DNA of 64,000 nt, taken from assembly GCA_002633005.1 (NCBI GenBank), contig NMRA01000660.1:11478-75477 (forward strand). Direction: 5' to 3'. The position numbers were made by a program, and so were the translations under genes. Source of the DNA: Phoronis australis. Lineage: Eukaryota > Animalia > Phoronida. Position 1 is the first letter of the stretch, and each line of letters starts with the position of its first letter. Positions 39,301 to 50,034 of this stretch are shown one piece after another. Below the pieces are notes generated by a model that was given only the letters and a program-made list of their open reading frames with translations, did no database searches and was not told the DNA's origin.

Positions 39301-40703
39301 TCAAGATTTACAGATGCTGAACTCGGAATACGATAGGCTGGGATAAATACAAAGTTCCAATTTGAGAGACTTTTTATCAATGTTTACCAGACTTTGATGC
39401 CGTGATGACATCTTGAACACATTTTCTGTTAATCATACATATGTATTAAAGTTGTAAAGAGATATGGCGTCATTGACTTTAAACTTTCAAATATGAAAAC
39501 GTAAAGATGCAAGTGTTTACGTTGCAGTTTTGTAAAAACCAAGCATTTCAGTTGGAGAGCTACTTGTCAGCAAGTAGTTACATTTTACCCATCATCGCCG
39601 GTGAAGACTTCATCGCTGGGAGTGATCGTTTTTTAGCCAAACTTTGATAAACATGTTTCTTCGTCGGCGTCTTGCCGTTTGCACTGGTCTACTCAACTAA
39701 TCAAGTACAGAGTGAGGGAAAATCCAGTGTCAATTAAACAAGTATCCATATAGGATATTGGAGCTTCTGGTGCCGTGCACTTGTCTGGTTTAGTAGTTTT
39801 TTACAGGATGAGCACGTGCGGTCATCTAATAAGGAGTGATCACCCTTTAATTCTGACGACGCTCGAGAGAGACGAAGTTCTAGACAATTTTATTGAATGT
39901 ATTAATATGTCACGTGACTTGAAAATGATGCCAGTATAGTTGACATTGTTCGTTTTCTTACTGAAAGATACCACCGGGCAATTGTTACACAAGCTGACAA
40001 CTGACTGATGCAAGACCTGGCTGCCGCTAATGGAACGTGTTTAAAAACTTGGTACGGAAGCATTGTACACCTTGTAGTTTAATTATAGGGACATACCAAC
40101 TATCATTTTATACCCGAATACAGCTTTACCTTGATAAATTTTATCGGGTTTATCTGAATTTGCTCAATGTCCTGAAGAAATGTAGAAACAATTACTACAT
40201 GCATAAAAATATCGTCTGCTAACTATTTCCATTTCCGAATATTTCCACAATCGATTAGTCGGCAAAAATGTTGCGCGCGAGCACGTGATCATAAGAATCG
40301 GTCCATTACTAATCTACAGCAAACGACAGCAGGTTAATGGCCAATCTACTTTTGTAGAGAAACAACTTGCCAACATTCACTGCCATGGCTTGCAATGCCG
40401 AGATATCGCACCCACCTGTTGAAAAGGTAACACCGGGAAGGATCACCCATGAGTAGAGATTTTTCTTGCTAACTGTAAAGTAATACGCGGCGAATTTGTC
40501 CTGCACTTTGTATTGTTCGTAGATATTTGGTCCAGTGGTTACATTTGATACCAAGACAGGTGCGGAGGTAGCACTGCGCGACCCTATATTCACATGTACT
40601 CCACTCTCTATAGCGTCTGTACCGATACGAACGTTGCTACCGCCATACACTCTGACGTCACCGGAAGTTGGAGACACTAGAAGGCTAATATTGTAAAGCG
40701 TTT
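19083..40703 (-). CDS. Tie/TEK-like receptor tyrosine kinase with a kringle domain (paralog A); 5' end unresolved
   Basis: Exons in gene order: 40416-40703, 38745-38978, 37972-38226, 34910-35041, 34544-34690, 31971-32102, 31432-31728, 30477-30779, 29518-29738, 28258-28324, 26074-26170, 25494-25549, 24768-24844, 24182-24395, 23902-24012, 22684-22862, 22229-22413, 21233-21273, 20791-20887, 19083-19254. Phases are consistent. Tie hallmarks: [84 protein letters not shown]. Confidence 0.93.
19773..20083. mobile_element. hAT-like MITE with 5-bp TSD (family copy 1)
   Basis: CAGGGGCGGATCC...GTTCGCCACTG with TSD GTGCA; an inverted homolog lies at 55686-55983. Confidence 0.8.
25034..25270. mobile_element. 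PIF/Harbinger-like MITE (copy 1)
   Basis: TIRs GGGGCCCGTTCCAACAAAACTGACTT / AAGTCAGTTTCTTGGAACAGTCCCC; a close copy lies at 34001-34250. Confidence 0.8.
26074..26170 (-). CDS. Kinase transmembrane exon
   Basis: [26 protein letters not shown]|gtaagt; the next exon (25494-25549) begins KRRQ. Confidence 0.88.
28258..31728 (-). CDS. Three fibronectin type III domains (4 exons)
   Basis: ISVTWRPW...YIVEYR...YDIRIRV; PPRNVEV...LKFTWQEP...[23 protein letters not shown]; PTPRNLSV...[16 protein letters not shown]...[10 protein letters not shown]|[12 protein letters not shown]. Confidence 0.9.
28371..29215. mobile_element. Non-autonomous element with subterminal inverted repeats and a long terminal hairpin (Crypton- or Helentron-like)
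   Basis: TTTATACCACA...TGTGGTATAAA followed by a ~160-bp imperfect palindrome; homologous to 61380-61672. Confidence 0.6.
31971..35041 (-). CDS. Three Tie-type EGF-like repeats (3 phase-1 exons)
   Basis: [41 protein letters not shown]; [15 protein letters not shown]...[19 protein letters not shown]; [41 protein letters not shown]. Confidence 0.93.
34001..34250. mobile_element. PIF/Harbinger-like MITE (copy 2)
   Basis: Same TIRs and internal sequence as 25034-25270. Confidence 0.8.
36518..36690 (+). repeat. 21-bp tandem array, left arm
   Basis: Unit ~TTTTCACCCGGGTGGAAATTA. Confidence 0.92.
37645..37882 (-). repeat. 21-bp tandem array, right arm (inverted)
   Basis: Unit ~TTTCCACCCGGGTGAAAATAA; it explains the GGNYFHP pseudo-ORF. 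Confidence 0.92.
37972..38226 (-). CDS. Ig-like domain exon (equivalent to Tie Ig2)
   Basis: [18 protein letters not shown]...HGGVYMVY...GVFRLIVR immediately before EGF1, as in Tie receptors. Confidence 0.85.
38745..38978 (-). CDS. Kringle domain exon
   Basis: [28 protein letters not shown]...[34 protein letters not shown]: six Cys, NYCRN and PWCYT motifs, phase 1-1. An alternative acceptor at 39026 is possible. Confidence 0.93.
39127..39279. mobile_element. Short hAT-like MITE
   Basis: CGGAGGCGGATCC...GTCCACCACTG with flanks TTGTC/CTGTC; related to 56744-56897. Confidence 0.55.
40416..40703 (-). CDS. N-terminal ectodomain exon (divergent Ig1-like, tentative)
   Basis: Strong acceptor tttttcag, 288-nt open phase 1-1 exon, beta-rich (FAAYYFTV), donor G|gtgggt. 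Confidence 0.65.
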
Positions 40704-43700
40704 CTGAAAAAAAAAACATTGGCCGCAATGAGCCAGGAGAAGCCAATTCAAATACGAAAGGAACCAGGAAATCAAAGGTATCAACTTTACAAACTTGTTC
40801 AGCAATGTACATGTATTTCGAGCTGGAAATTCGTATTGATTAATAGAATTTCTTTATAGATGAAGGTATGTGACCTGGTTTTCTACAGCAGTTGTTGGGT
40901 AAAGAAAATTATCTGGTTTTGACATATTTTGAATTGTCTTCTTACCAACTGCGTAGCTCTTGGTGATTGACTGAGCTTTCAAACTCTATTAGGAGAAGGA
41001 CCACACAATCAAAAGATGTTGACAATGAGGAAAAACACGTGATGCATGTAGTGAAGTAAACAACAGTAGAAGGGAAAGATACAGACCCAACGGAGAATAT
41101 CAGTGTGTGTTTCCAAAAGGGAGAAGAATGGCAATTATAACGCGGGTGCGAGTAATACTTGGGAATTTATACAGGTCATTTATATCTAAAGCCGAGAATG
41201 TGATCAGTTACAGCCATTGTGCGTATAATTAGGGTGAATATAAACAGCGAAAATTGGTCTTACGTCCCGTCCATACAAAGCCTACCCTGGAGCTAGCACC
41301 AGTACAGCTTACCCTTCACACACATCCAAAAACTAGGGTAAGGCGAATTTACCAGAATATTCGTGACATTAAACACCGAAATCGAGTGCAGTGTATGTAA
41401 CTGCAGCCAATAATCACGTCTGCCTTGCCCCAGGTTTGCAACCACATAGGAATTACATATGGCGCAAGTTACCCTAAAACAAGTTACCACAAGCAAGTTG
41501 TCACAAGTGGGGTAACTTGTGCTACCAGCTTAAAAAGCGTCCACACAGTCTCCAAACCTAGTAACTTGTTTTAGCGTATTAGTCTATGTGTGTGCGGCAC
41601 TAAAGGCCTTTATAGACTGAGGAATTGATTGTAACAGATCAGCTTTGTAGAAAAAATGTGCAGTATTGTAAATAACATCTTACCGGTCAACCTTGGAGTA
41701 GTGAAATGTATCCCAGAAAACACCCCGTGCCACCTTTAAGCATAATTATAACGCAATACAGAACACACGAAGTGGAATAGAGTTAAACAAAAACTACAAA
41801 GCATTACTTATATATGTAAGAGAAGCAACTCTCAAAGGGCTTTTAAACAAGAAGTTGTAACGACAGATATGAGCAGTTCATGAAATCACCAATAGTGAAA
41901 TGCCGTGGACGCATAAACAGTAAAATGATGTGAACTACAAACCATGCCCAATACACTAATAACGATAGAAACAGACCATCATTAGTCGAGGTTTCTCAGT
42001 TACGTTTTGACACATCCTGGTATAACATTTCCTTCAGACCAGATATCATAAAGTATGTGTTATGCAATCATGTCAAAAAAGCGTAGCTAAATCTCGTCTA
42101 AAACCTGCGCCTCACCAAGATAACAAAAGCATCGGCATTCTTTGTTAAATTATTTCCAGTATTTGACTACTTAAGCGAAAGAGTTGCTTGCAGAATCTTA
42201 AAAACGAATGGGCACGGACAAATACAAATACACAACTCACTTTCCAACATGGTCTATTCTGTTTTCAATGGCGATAAAAGTTTGTTATAGGTAGGGCCTA
42301 TTAATAGTATGTGTAAAATGACATCATATCTAAATTCTACATAGGTTACTGAATAGTTCTGGCGTTATTAAACGTATTATGGTTTTTAGAAATAATGACG
42401 GTGGGCTATTGTTGTTCAGGATCGTTATTTATTATTGCACACTGTTGTTTGAACTTTCATTGTTTCTCGTAAATCAATAATTAAATGTTAAAAGTTCCCC
42501 TTTTTCATCAAGTAATATTGCACTCAAGTAATGCATCTCAGACATCCAGTATCCTTGCACACAACTTAGCATTTTTTCAACTCTGCTTCTAGCGCATGTA
42601 ACTGCCTTAGCGGAAAAGTGTGGGTTTGCAGATTCGGATACCTTAGTTCAAATCCCTTCCAAGCCAAATTTCGAATTTCCTGCCAAATCATTATAGCACT
42701 CCGTGGCATAAATAAAATGGCCATGTGTCTAGAAAAAACACAATAAGTGAGGTACAAATAAGGAGACGGTGCCGAAGACCATGTGCTTCAAAGGATGTCT
42801 TGTGAACGTTAGCGATAGCAAAAGCAACATTGAGGCATATTCAGGCAGGGAAATCGGAATATGTTTGATTAAAAAGCTCTGCCCAATTTTTTATCATCAT
42901 TCGTTGTCGCTGACTACATACAATGTATATGTATATTTTAGGAACTGTGAGATTGTTGATCTTACCCTTCTGTTGTAAACCCATAACGCCTTGTTCCGTA
43001 GGAGGTTTCAAATTTAAAAAATGGTGTTTTCCAAATGGCTCGTCTTTCCTCCTCGTTGTTGCTCCATGGTAGAATTCTGCCATCATGCCACGCAGCCTGG
43101 CATATGCTTGATTTCTGAATTACAAAACAAGGACGAACTTCTCAAAAGTAATATTTTTTTAGTTTCCCGCTACGTTATGTCATCAGTGGAAGACGTTGAT
43201 CAGTTGCCAATATATACATGTATGCAACGGTGGTTAGTACTGGTTTTGTAATTATTTAGTTTTTGCGTTTATTTCTTGATTAAAAGTACACAAATCGAAG
43301 AAGAAATACCAGGTACTTAAAATCTCATGCCAAAATTGCTGGTAATAAAATTCCAGCATTTATGACTGTGGTGTGGATGTAGACTGCCTCTATGAACCTT
43401 TCCTGCAAGTTAATTTCAAGTGGTTGAATTTTGCAAGCCCGTAGAAAACGAGGAATATATACCAAGAACGTATTATAGACGAGAGATGAGGTTTACAGTG
43501 GGCTGCATTTTTAAACAAAACTACAAAAGTCCCTTAAAAGGGGACACTGGACTGGTTAAACCTCTTTCGATGAATCTTTACTTACCAACGAGTACCACCC
43601 AGTTCCCCATACGTTTCCTATGTGACATTCTTCCTTTGGACACGTGTATCTAAAAAAGGCGAACTTGCAATAAAAAGTGAAACTGTGCTTCACATACATC

Positions 43701-43729
43701 TAATGATACAAATAGGGAATAATCAATTA

Positions 43730-45132
43730 CAGTACAGCCACTGAATTTTTAGACTTCGTCCGGGCTACCTCACGCCTGGCCAGACCGGAGCACAACCGGA
43801 ACGCTGGCGTGACAGAAATCAGTCACGGTCGCCTCACGCCTACTCTCCGGGTAGTCCTCACGCTTACCTCCGGTCAGTTAACGCCTTCCTCACGCCTTGT
43901 TTACGCTTTCCTCAGGCTTTCTTCACGCCTACGGTAGCTGTGGTAACCATGGTAGGGCACCGGGCTAATCAGTAAAAGTACATGTAACGTCTTCATTGCC
44001 TGTCGTTTCGGACAAGTTACAAAGACATTATAGAATATTATAAAGTATCTTTGCAAGCAGTCATCTATCACACTTGGGTTCCGACTAACTCTGTAATTCC
44101 ACGTGTTGTTCATACAAACGTCTTCCTTCAGCTCATTTTGTGTTACGGTTACATGTACATGTTCAATTTACGACTTTTAAGTCATAAGAGCCAGTCCGAT
44201 CAACGACATACATGTACAGGAACCACGGTTAGTAAATACGAATATACGCGACCCTGTGTCCAGAGTCGTCTTTACATGGCTGTGGACTCCTTGAAACTTG
44301 TCACAGCTGGAAATAGTTAATTCGCCCTAAAAATAGCCTACGCATCTTGCGAAGTATTGTGTCACTCCGTAACTTTTTGCACTGCACTGGCGTACAGAAA
44401 ATTTCAATAGGACGCCCTTCTGACATACCCATCCCTTACTGCAAGCAACTGTTTTGACTAAAAAGTCCTTAATCCGTAGTGCAGTTCAATTATTTGTAGC
44501 CCCCTCCCCGTAGTACATGCGTTTCGACTGAGGTCACAGTATCCCCGGGGTCATCTGTTCGACTCGTCAAATGCATGGGCGCGATCAGTTTTCTCCGCAT
44601 GATGCCGGAACTTGGGATCAATGTGCTCAGAATTGACAAGCTATGCTCCTTCATATCGTGAAGGCAATTGAATATTTCCGCCATGTACACGCGTGTTAAG
44701 ATTCTTTATTAGTTTATATAAAACAAATAATTATATATAAGTGAAAAGTAGAGTCCACAGGTCTGTTTACTGAAGTGACTTAAGATTTGAGAAGGAAATT
44801 TTGGTCTTTTACTGAACGTTACGATTTCAAAAAAATTAAACCTCGCATGAGCAAAAGTCTATGAGAATACACACATCACTGCTAGTTACTGATATAGTTT
44901 TAATAAATTACTTTTTCATCTGCGATGCAGGTAAACTCATGCCTGGTTCACCGCTGGCTCGCCCATCGTTCACGCCTAACTCACGGTCAGCTCCGGGTAC
45001 AGTCGCCCTTAGGCTTACGCCAGCTGTCACGGTTGATTTACTCCTCACCCTCCGGTCTGTCTCCGGTTACGGTCACGGGTGGCTAGACCGGAGAGAAACC
45101 GGAGAGAGTCTAATAATTCAGTGGCTGTACTG
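43730..45132. mobile_element. Tc1/mariner-type non-autonomous element
   Basis: TA|CAGTACAGCCACTGAATT...AATTCAGTGGCTGTACTG|TA: perfect 18-bp TIR and TA TSD, with internal CTCACGCCT sub-repeats. Confidence 0.85.
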
Positions 45133-46604
45133 TATATTTGTAGCGTGGAAATAAACATTTTACTATTTAAGTGTTCACATTCTTTGACAAATTTTTCAAA
45201 GTGACCCCTTGTTTATTAAACAGAATTTATTTTTCGGCATTGTGATAATCTCTCGCAAGATCAAACAAATGTTAACGAAAGTTTCCTCCTAGCTTTAGTA
45301 CTTTGTTTCCTTAGGCGTAACAAAATGTCAGTTAAGGATATTTCAAACCTTATTCACAAAATTGGCCATTTTTAAAATATTTCACATACATCTTGAAAAA
45401 ACCCTATCTTCATTATAAGGGAGCTTCAATTACCAAAAATATACCTTCTAGTGAGAAAAAAGATATAGTAGAATCACCATAAAACCGCACAACCGCGTAG
45501 AAATTTGTCGAATATTTAACCGAAGTTAAAGGTTACGGGGATGTCACTCAAATCTAATCTCCCACCAGGCACAGAGCAGCTCTGTATGTAACCCCCAGTC
45601 CTTTCATTCCCCGAGTAGCCATAATATTGAGCCAATGAAATGTACATTTGACAGGAAGATGACGGGGAAAACGAAGACAAAACGTAATTTTGATGCTGAG
45701 TTGTGCGTCTTCGTGCATACAGCAGAATGTTCCGAGTCTTTTATCGCCCCTGTGACTTTGTGTTAAGATCACAGCAAGATCATGAGAGATAAATCTTCAC
45801 CCAAAGTCATTAATTTGATAGGTAACTTGCGATTAACCCAATCAAGTTGTGAGTTAATTTGACAAGCGAAAGAGAGTAGCCAGTCACAGTTATCTTTAAA
45901 GGATATTAAGCCCAGAACCTATCAGCAAAAACTAACTACGCCATTCGGCAAGAAAATGAAACAACATTCCTTTAAAGTCAATCCTCAAACAGTTGGTTAA
46001 AGTTTGAAACTTCTAACCAATTATACGAAATCGGCAAGCTTGACTAGCAGTCAACGATTGTTGGGGAAAAATCGATCACTTCAAAACACAAAAACCAAGT
46101 TCACAACACACAAAAAATACCTATATAGGAGTTTTGACATTTATACAGTAAATTTTAACATCCTTTGACAAACTACTTAACTGTGGGAGGAATTAGTACG
46201 ATTGACTGGAAGTTTGGCGAAGTAGAGAAGTCTGATTAATCACTCTAATTGCGTCAACTCAACCCAAATAGTTTACTTAAAATCACTTAGTGACAAAAAT
46301 TACTACACAGTGACTAATATCACTACGCTATTCAAACAAGATAGAATACATAAACAACTGTCAACACCAACGTTAATGGTAGAAAGATTTGAAAACTTCC
46401 AAAAAAATGAAACGTACGTGGGTGGGGTGTCCACCATTTCGCCACTGAAACAGGCTTACTCGATGTTCGAATGATGCCATTTCCAGAGCTAACTCTGGCA
46501 GAAATAGGGATGTCATCAGCAATTTTACTGACTTGAGAAGTCACATTTTAGGAGCCAAATTACTAAAGCCGCTACAATCCATATTCTGTTGTTTAAAACA
46601 TTAA

Positions 46605-49600
46605 AAGACAGTCCATATAAAAACCAGTAGATTTTCAAAAATCAGTTTTTTACGTCAAAATTTAAAACAACTTCATTTTTTGTACATGGGTAGGTATCCT
46701 AACATAAACCCAAATGCCAAATTTTGTGCACTCAATGACCCCTAATTTCGCCGCAGGAGCATGATCACACAAATTGGCACAATTGGGCATATTAGCCGTC
46801 TCAAAAATCGCATTTTTTCAGCAACAAAAATGAGTAACATACAAAATAGATCAAAAGCTATATTTTGGTGGCTGAAATAACCAACGTATACTGTACATAA
46901 TTCTGTGCCATTTATTAAAATCTGACAGTTTTGTGCTAGACAGGGGAGCTAATCCACAGACCACTTTTTGGGGCCAATTTTAGTGACCATTTTTGTGACC
47001 TTCTTACTGCCATAAAACACCTTGTAGCCTTATGTGACGTTTTGAACATATAGTTAAAGAGTTAGTCTTGATGACTGGCCAATAAAAAATCTTGCCTCAA
47101 CTTTGCACCTTAGTGAAGATTGTCTTGCAAAACTGTCTATTTTCATAGTTTGGATATGACGAGCAGAGTTTACAGACCATTTGAACAAACTTTTAGGCAA
47201 TAAGTCTGCTTTAAATAGTTATAGAAACCAAGTCTAAACTCTTTCAAATGAAAACGAGATGTTTTCTGGGTTTATTACGCGGCTAGTATCAAACATGAAC
47301 CCGATGACATTTGCCCACTGTGGGAGTCAGTTGAGGTTAAGCTTGAGGATATATAAAAAATGTACGTGTAACCCTCTTATATTCTTTCATTCCTTTTACA
47401 TTATCAAGTTAATTTAAAACCTCTGTGGAAATTTTAAATGGAAATAAATGCCTTTAAGATTAAACGAGTAAGAATTGATATTTGTAATGTCTGGTTTTGA
47501 AAGAAGCAAGTGCATTTTAAAAAGACAAAATTGCGGACGATGTCGATGGGCCTTCATGTTCCTTTAGAGTTTATTCTGCAAAAAATCCGATCACAAAAGC
47601 TTTGTGCTTTAGTGAGTTATGTCAAAGACACCACTGAACATTTGAGATACAGGAAACTACCTCACAAAGCAAGGCCTGTGCCTGAGTATGGACTCGTACT
47701 ACCCAGAGTCGGTGAATTTCTGACTGAACAGGACCAGTCATGGAAGAGTCAGGTAATGCTGGATGTTACCACTCTGCTCCTCTCCTCCTGAACGTAGCAG
47801 CCTTGTCAAATTCTACCGGCATTTCTGTTTCGAGATATGACTTTAGTGAAAGTCAGAATGGAAAGGATCTCTGTGATCGCAAGATCGCTCCACTCAAACA
47901 ACATGCAAAGTACTTTGTAGCCGAAGGTAACAATATCATAAACTTTCTGGATTTGAAAGAAGCATTACTTTCCAGTGGCCGTGTGAAGGGATGTTATGTG
48001 TATGCATGTTCAGTCAATGCAACAAAGTCTTTTCCAAAATACTCAGTTCCTGGTATAAGCACATTCCCAAATTCCCACTATTCCACCCAAGGAATTCGCG
48101 TGTGGAAATCATTCCATGTAGGTGACGGTAAGTTCTTACAAATACTGAGAAAAAGGGAAACCTATTTCTCTAAAATACTAACATCTCTCTGAGAAATGGC
48201 GGATTTTCAACACCAAGAGTTAAGGTTGGCATTGTATCAGATCTAGTGAAAAGCTTCAACAAAAGTTCCCTTGTACCCAGCAAGGTTACTCGAAATTTTT
48301 TGCTACACGTATGACCACATCGCACGACAGGGGTCAGAAATGCTTTCAGATGCAAGAACCGGAGCGTCATTTGAGACAGCCTGCTCAGAGTACTATTTGG
48401 ATGAGACAAATGCTGAAGCAATAGGTTAGGCATTAAAAAAAGGTTAAAGGTCAACAAATTTTTCAGCAAAGGTTAAGAACTTTCTGACGAACATATTCGA
48501 TGAAGGAGATAAGTCAGGTAAAAACGTTCACCCTCGGAAGTGCCAAAATGGAGAAAACATTACGAGAACCTATTGGTAAAGTGTTTACCTGTGATATTAA
48601 GTGAATCGCAGATTGGTGGGTTTTTTGGAGGTTTTCTGCAGCAATGTTTATGACGAAGCAATTTCTGCTGAAGATGCTGTTATATCGTCAGATTTACTGA
48701 ATGAAGTGGTAAATGAGCTCAACGTTTAGCCTAGTTTTGTAGCATACCAGTCAAAGATGTGTGATATATGAAGTCGAGACCGTTACTTCTGTTTACTTCA
48801 TGTCTGTCATGAATGAGTCATTAATAAAATTGTCTCTCGTGAATTATTTTCTATTGACTGTGAATGTGTACCTTTTTATACCACTGCTGATCACACTGGC
48901 AGAAATATTCAGCGTTAAGTTGCCCGGTGTGTAGGGGAAACACCAGATTTCTGGCGACTGGTGGCGACTAAAATTTGTAGCAACCGGCAGGGACATTGCA
49001 ATATGAACCCAAAGTTACAATGACTATCGACAAGTTGAAGGATTTTTGCACTGAACACTAGGGAGGCATATCTACCTTGGGCGCCTTCCTTTGCCTGTGG
49101 CACGAACAAGGCAGATAGACAACAAGGCAGGGGTGAGTTCAGTAACACTAGAACCTCTCTAAAATTTATCCAAAACGACGTGTTCTTATTTAAAATGCAG
49201 GGCAATATTTCGCGAAGTCTTGAATTATAGCAAGGTCCTCGTGTTACTGCTCTGGCTTATTCTAGATGCGTCTCCAGTCTCTACGTAAACAAATGCAGCG
49301 CCATCTATCATCATGCCAGTTGATTTACGTTACATATTTTTTGTAATAAGCAATAATCATCAATGCCGTTTTCAGAGAATGGTAATTAATAATGCTGACT
49401 GCCTTTTCTCCAAAATACAAGGTTTTTATGTCGTGTTTTGCAAGCTAATTGTATGTTCCAAGAGCCCCCTATTGGCAGCAGAGGCAACTGAGAACGTGCA
49501 AAAGGACGAAGTGCAGTTCGTGTAATGCTTCGTACGCAAAAACTACATTAGAGGCAAGATTTTTTATTTTAGATTATGAACAGGTTAGGAATGACTAAAC

Positions 49601-50034
49601 AAATTATTATAAATTCAATTTCAGGAAAGGTGCTTTATGGCTGCTACAGAGTGCCAAATTTGGCCGAAAATGGCTTCAGTGAAAAACTGAAAAATAGCCG
49701 TTTTTGCCTCACAAATTCAAAACGTACAAATTTAAAAATGGATTTTGAAAGTTATACCATTAAATTATTTAGCCACTGTCCTTTCAATTCGTATTATTAA
49801 TTTGTTTTGACCTTACGACACCTGCTAGTAAAATGCATTCAAACATGCCTACTTCAACGCCCAATTTTGTTGCAAAATGGAGGTACAGGTCATAAAAAGA
49901 AAAATGATGATTGAAAATTCTTAAAAAGTGAGCTTTTTCTACATCTCAACAAACCAAACTCATGTTCTAAGTTTCAAAAAAATCGGTGATTTTGGGTATA
50001 GACTCTACCTGTTGGTTTTTATATGGAATCACTC
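46605..50034 (+). mobile_element. Decayed Sola2-like DNA transposon
   Basis: TIRs AAGACAGTCCATATAAAAACCA / TGGTTTTTATATGGAATCACTC, 4-bp TSD TTAA, and an internal frameshifted transposase remnant. Confidence 0.75.
47700..48720 (+). pseudogene. Transposase remnant (Sola2-like DDD family)
   Basis: SGNAGCYHS...YDFSESQNGKDLCDRKIAPLKQH, matching the xDNAGCYH...GKxxCDR pattern; broken by stops and frameshifts. Confidence 0.7.
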
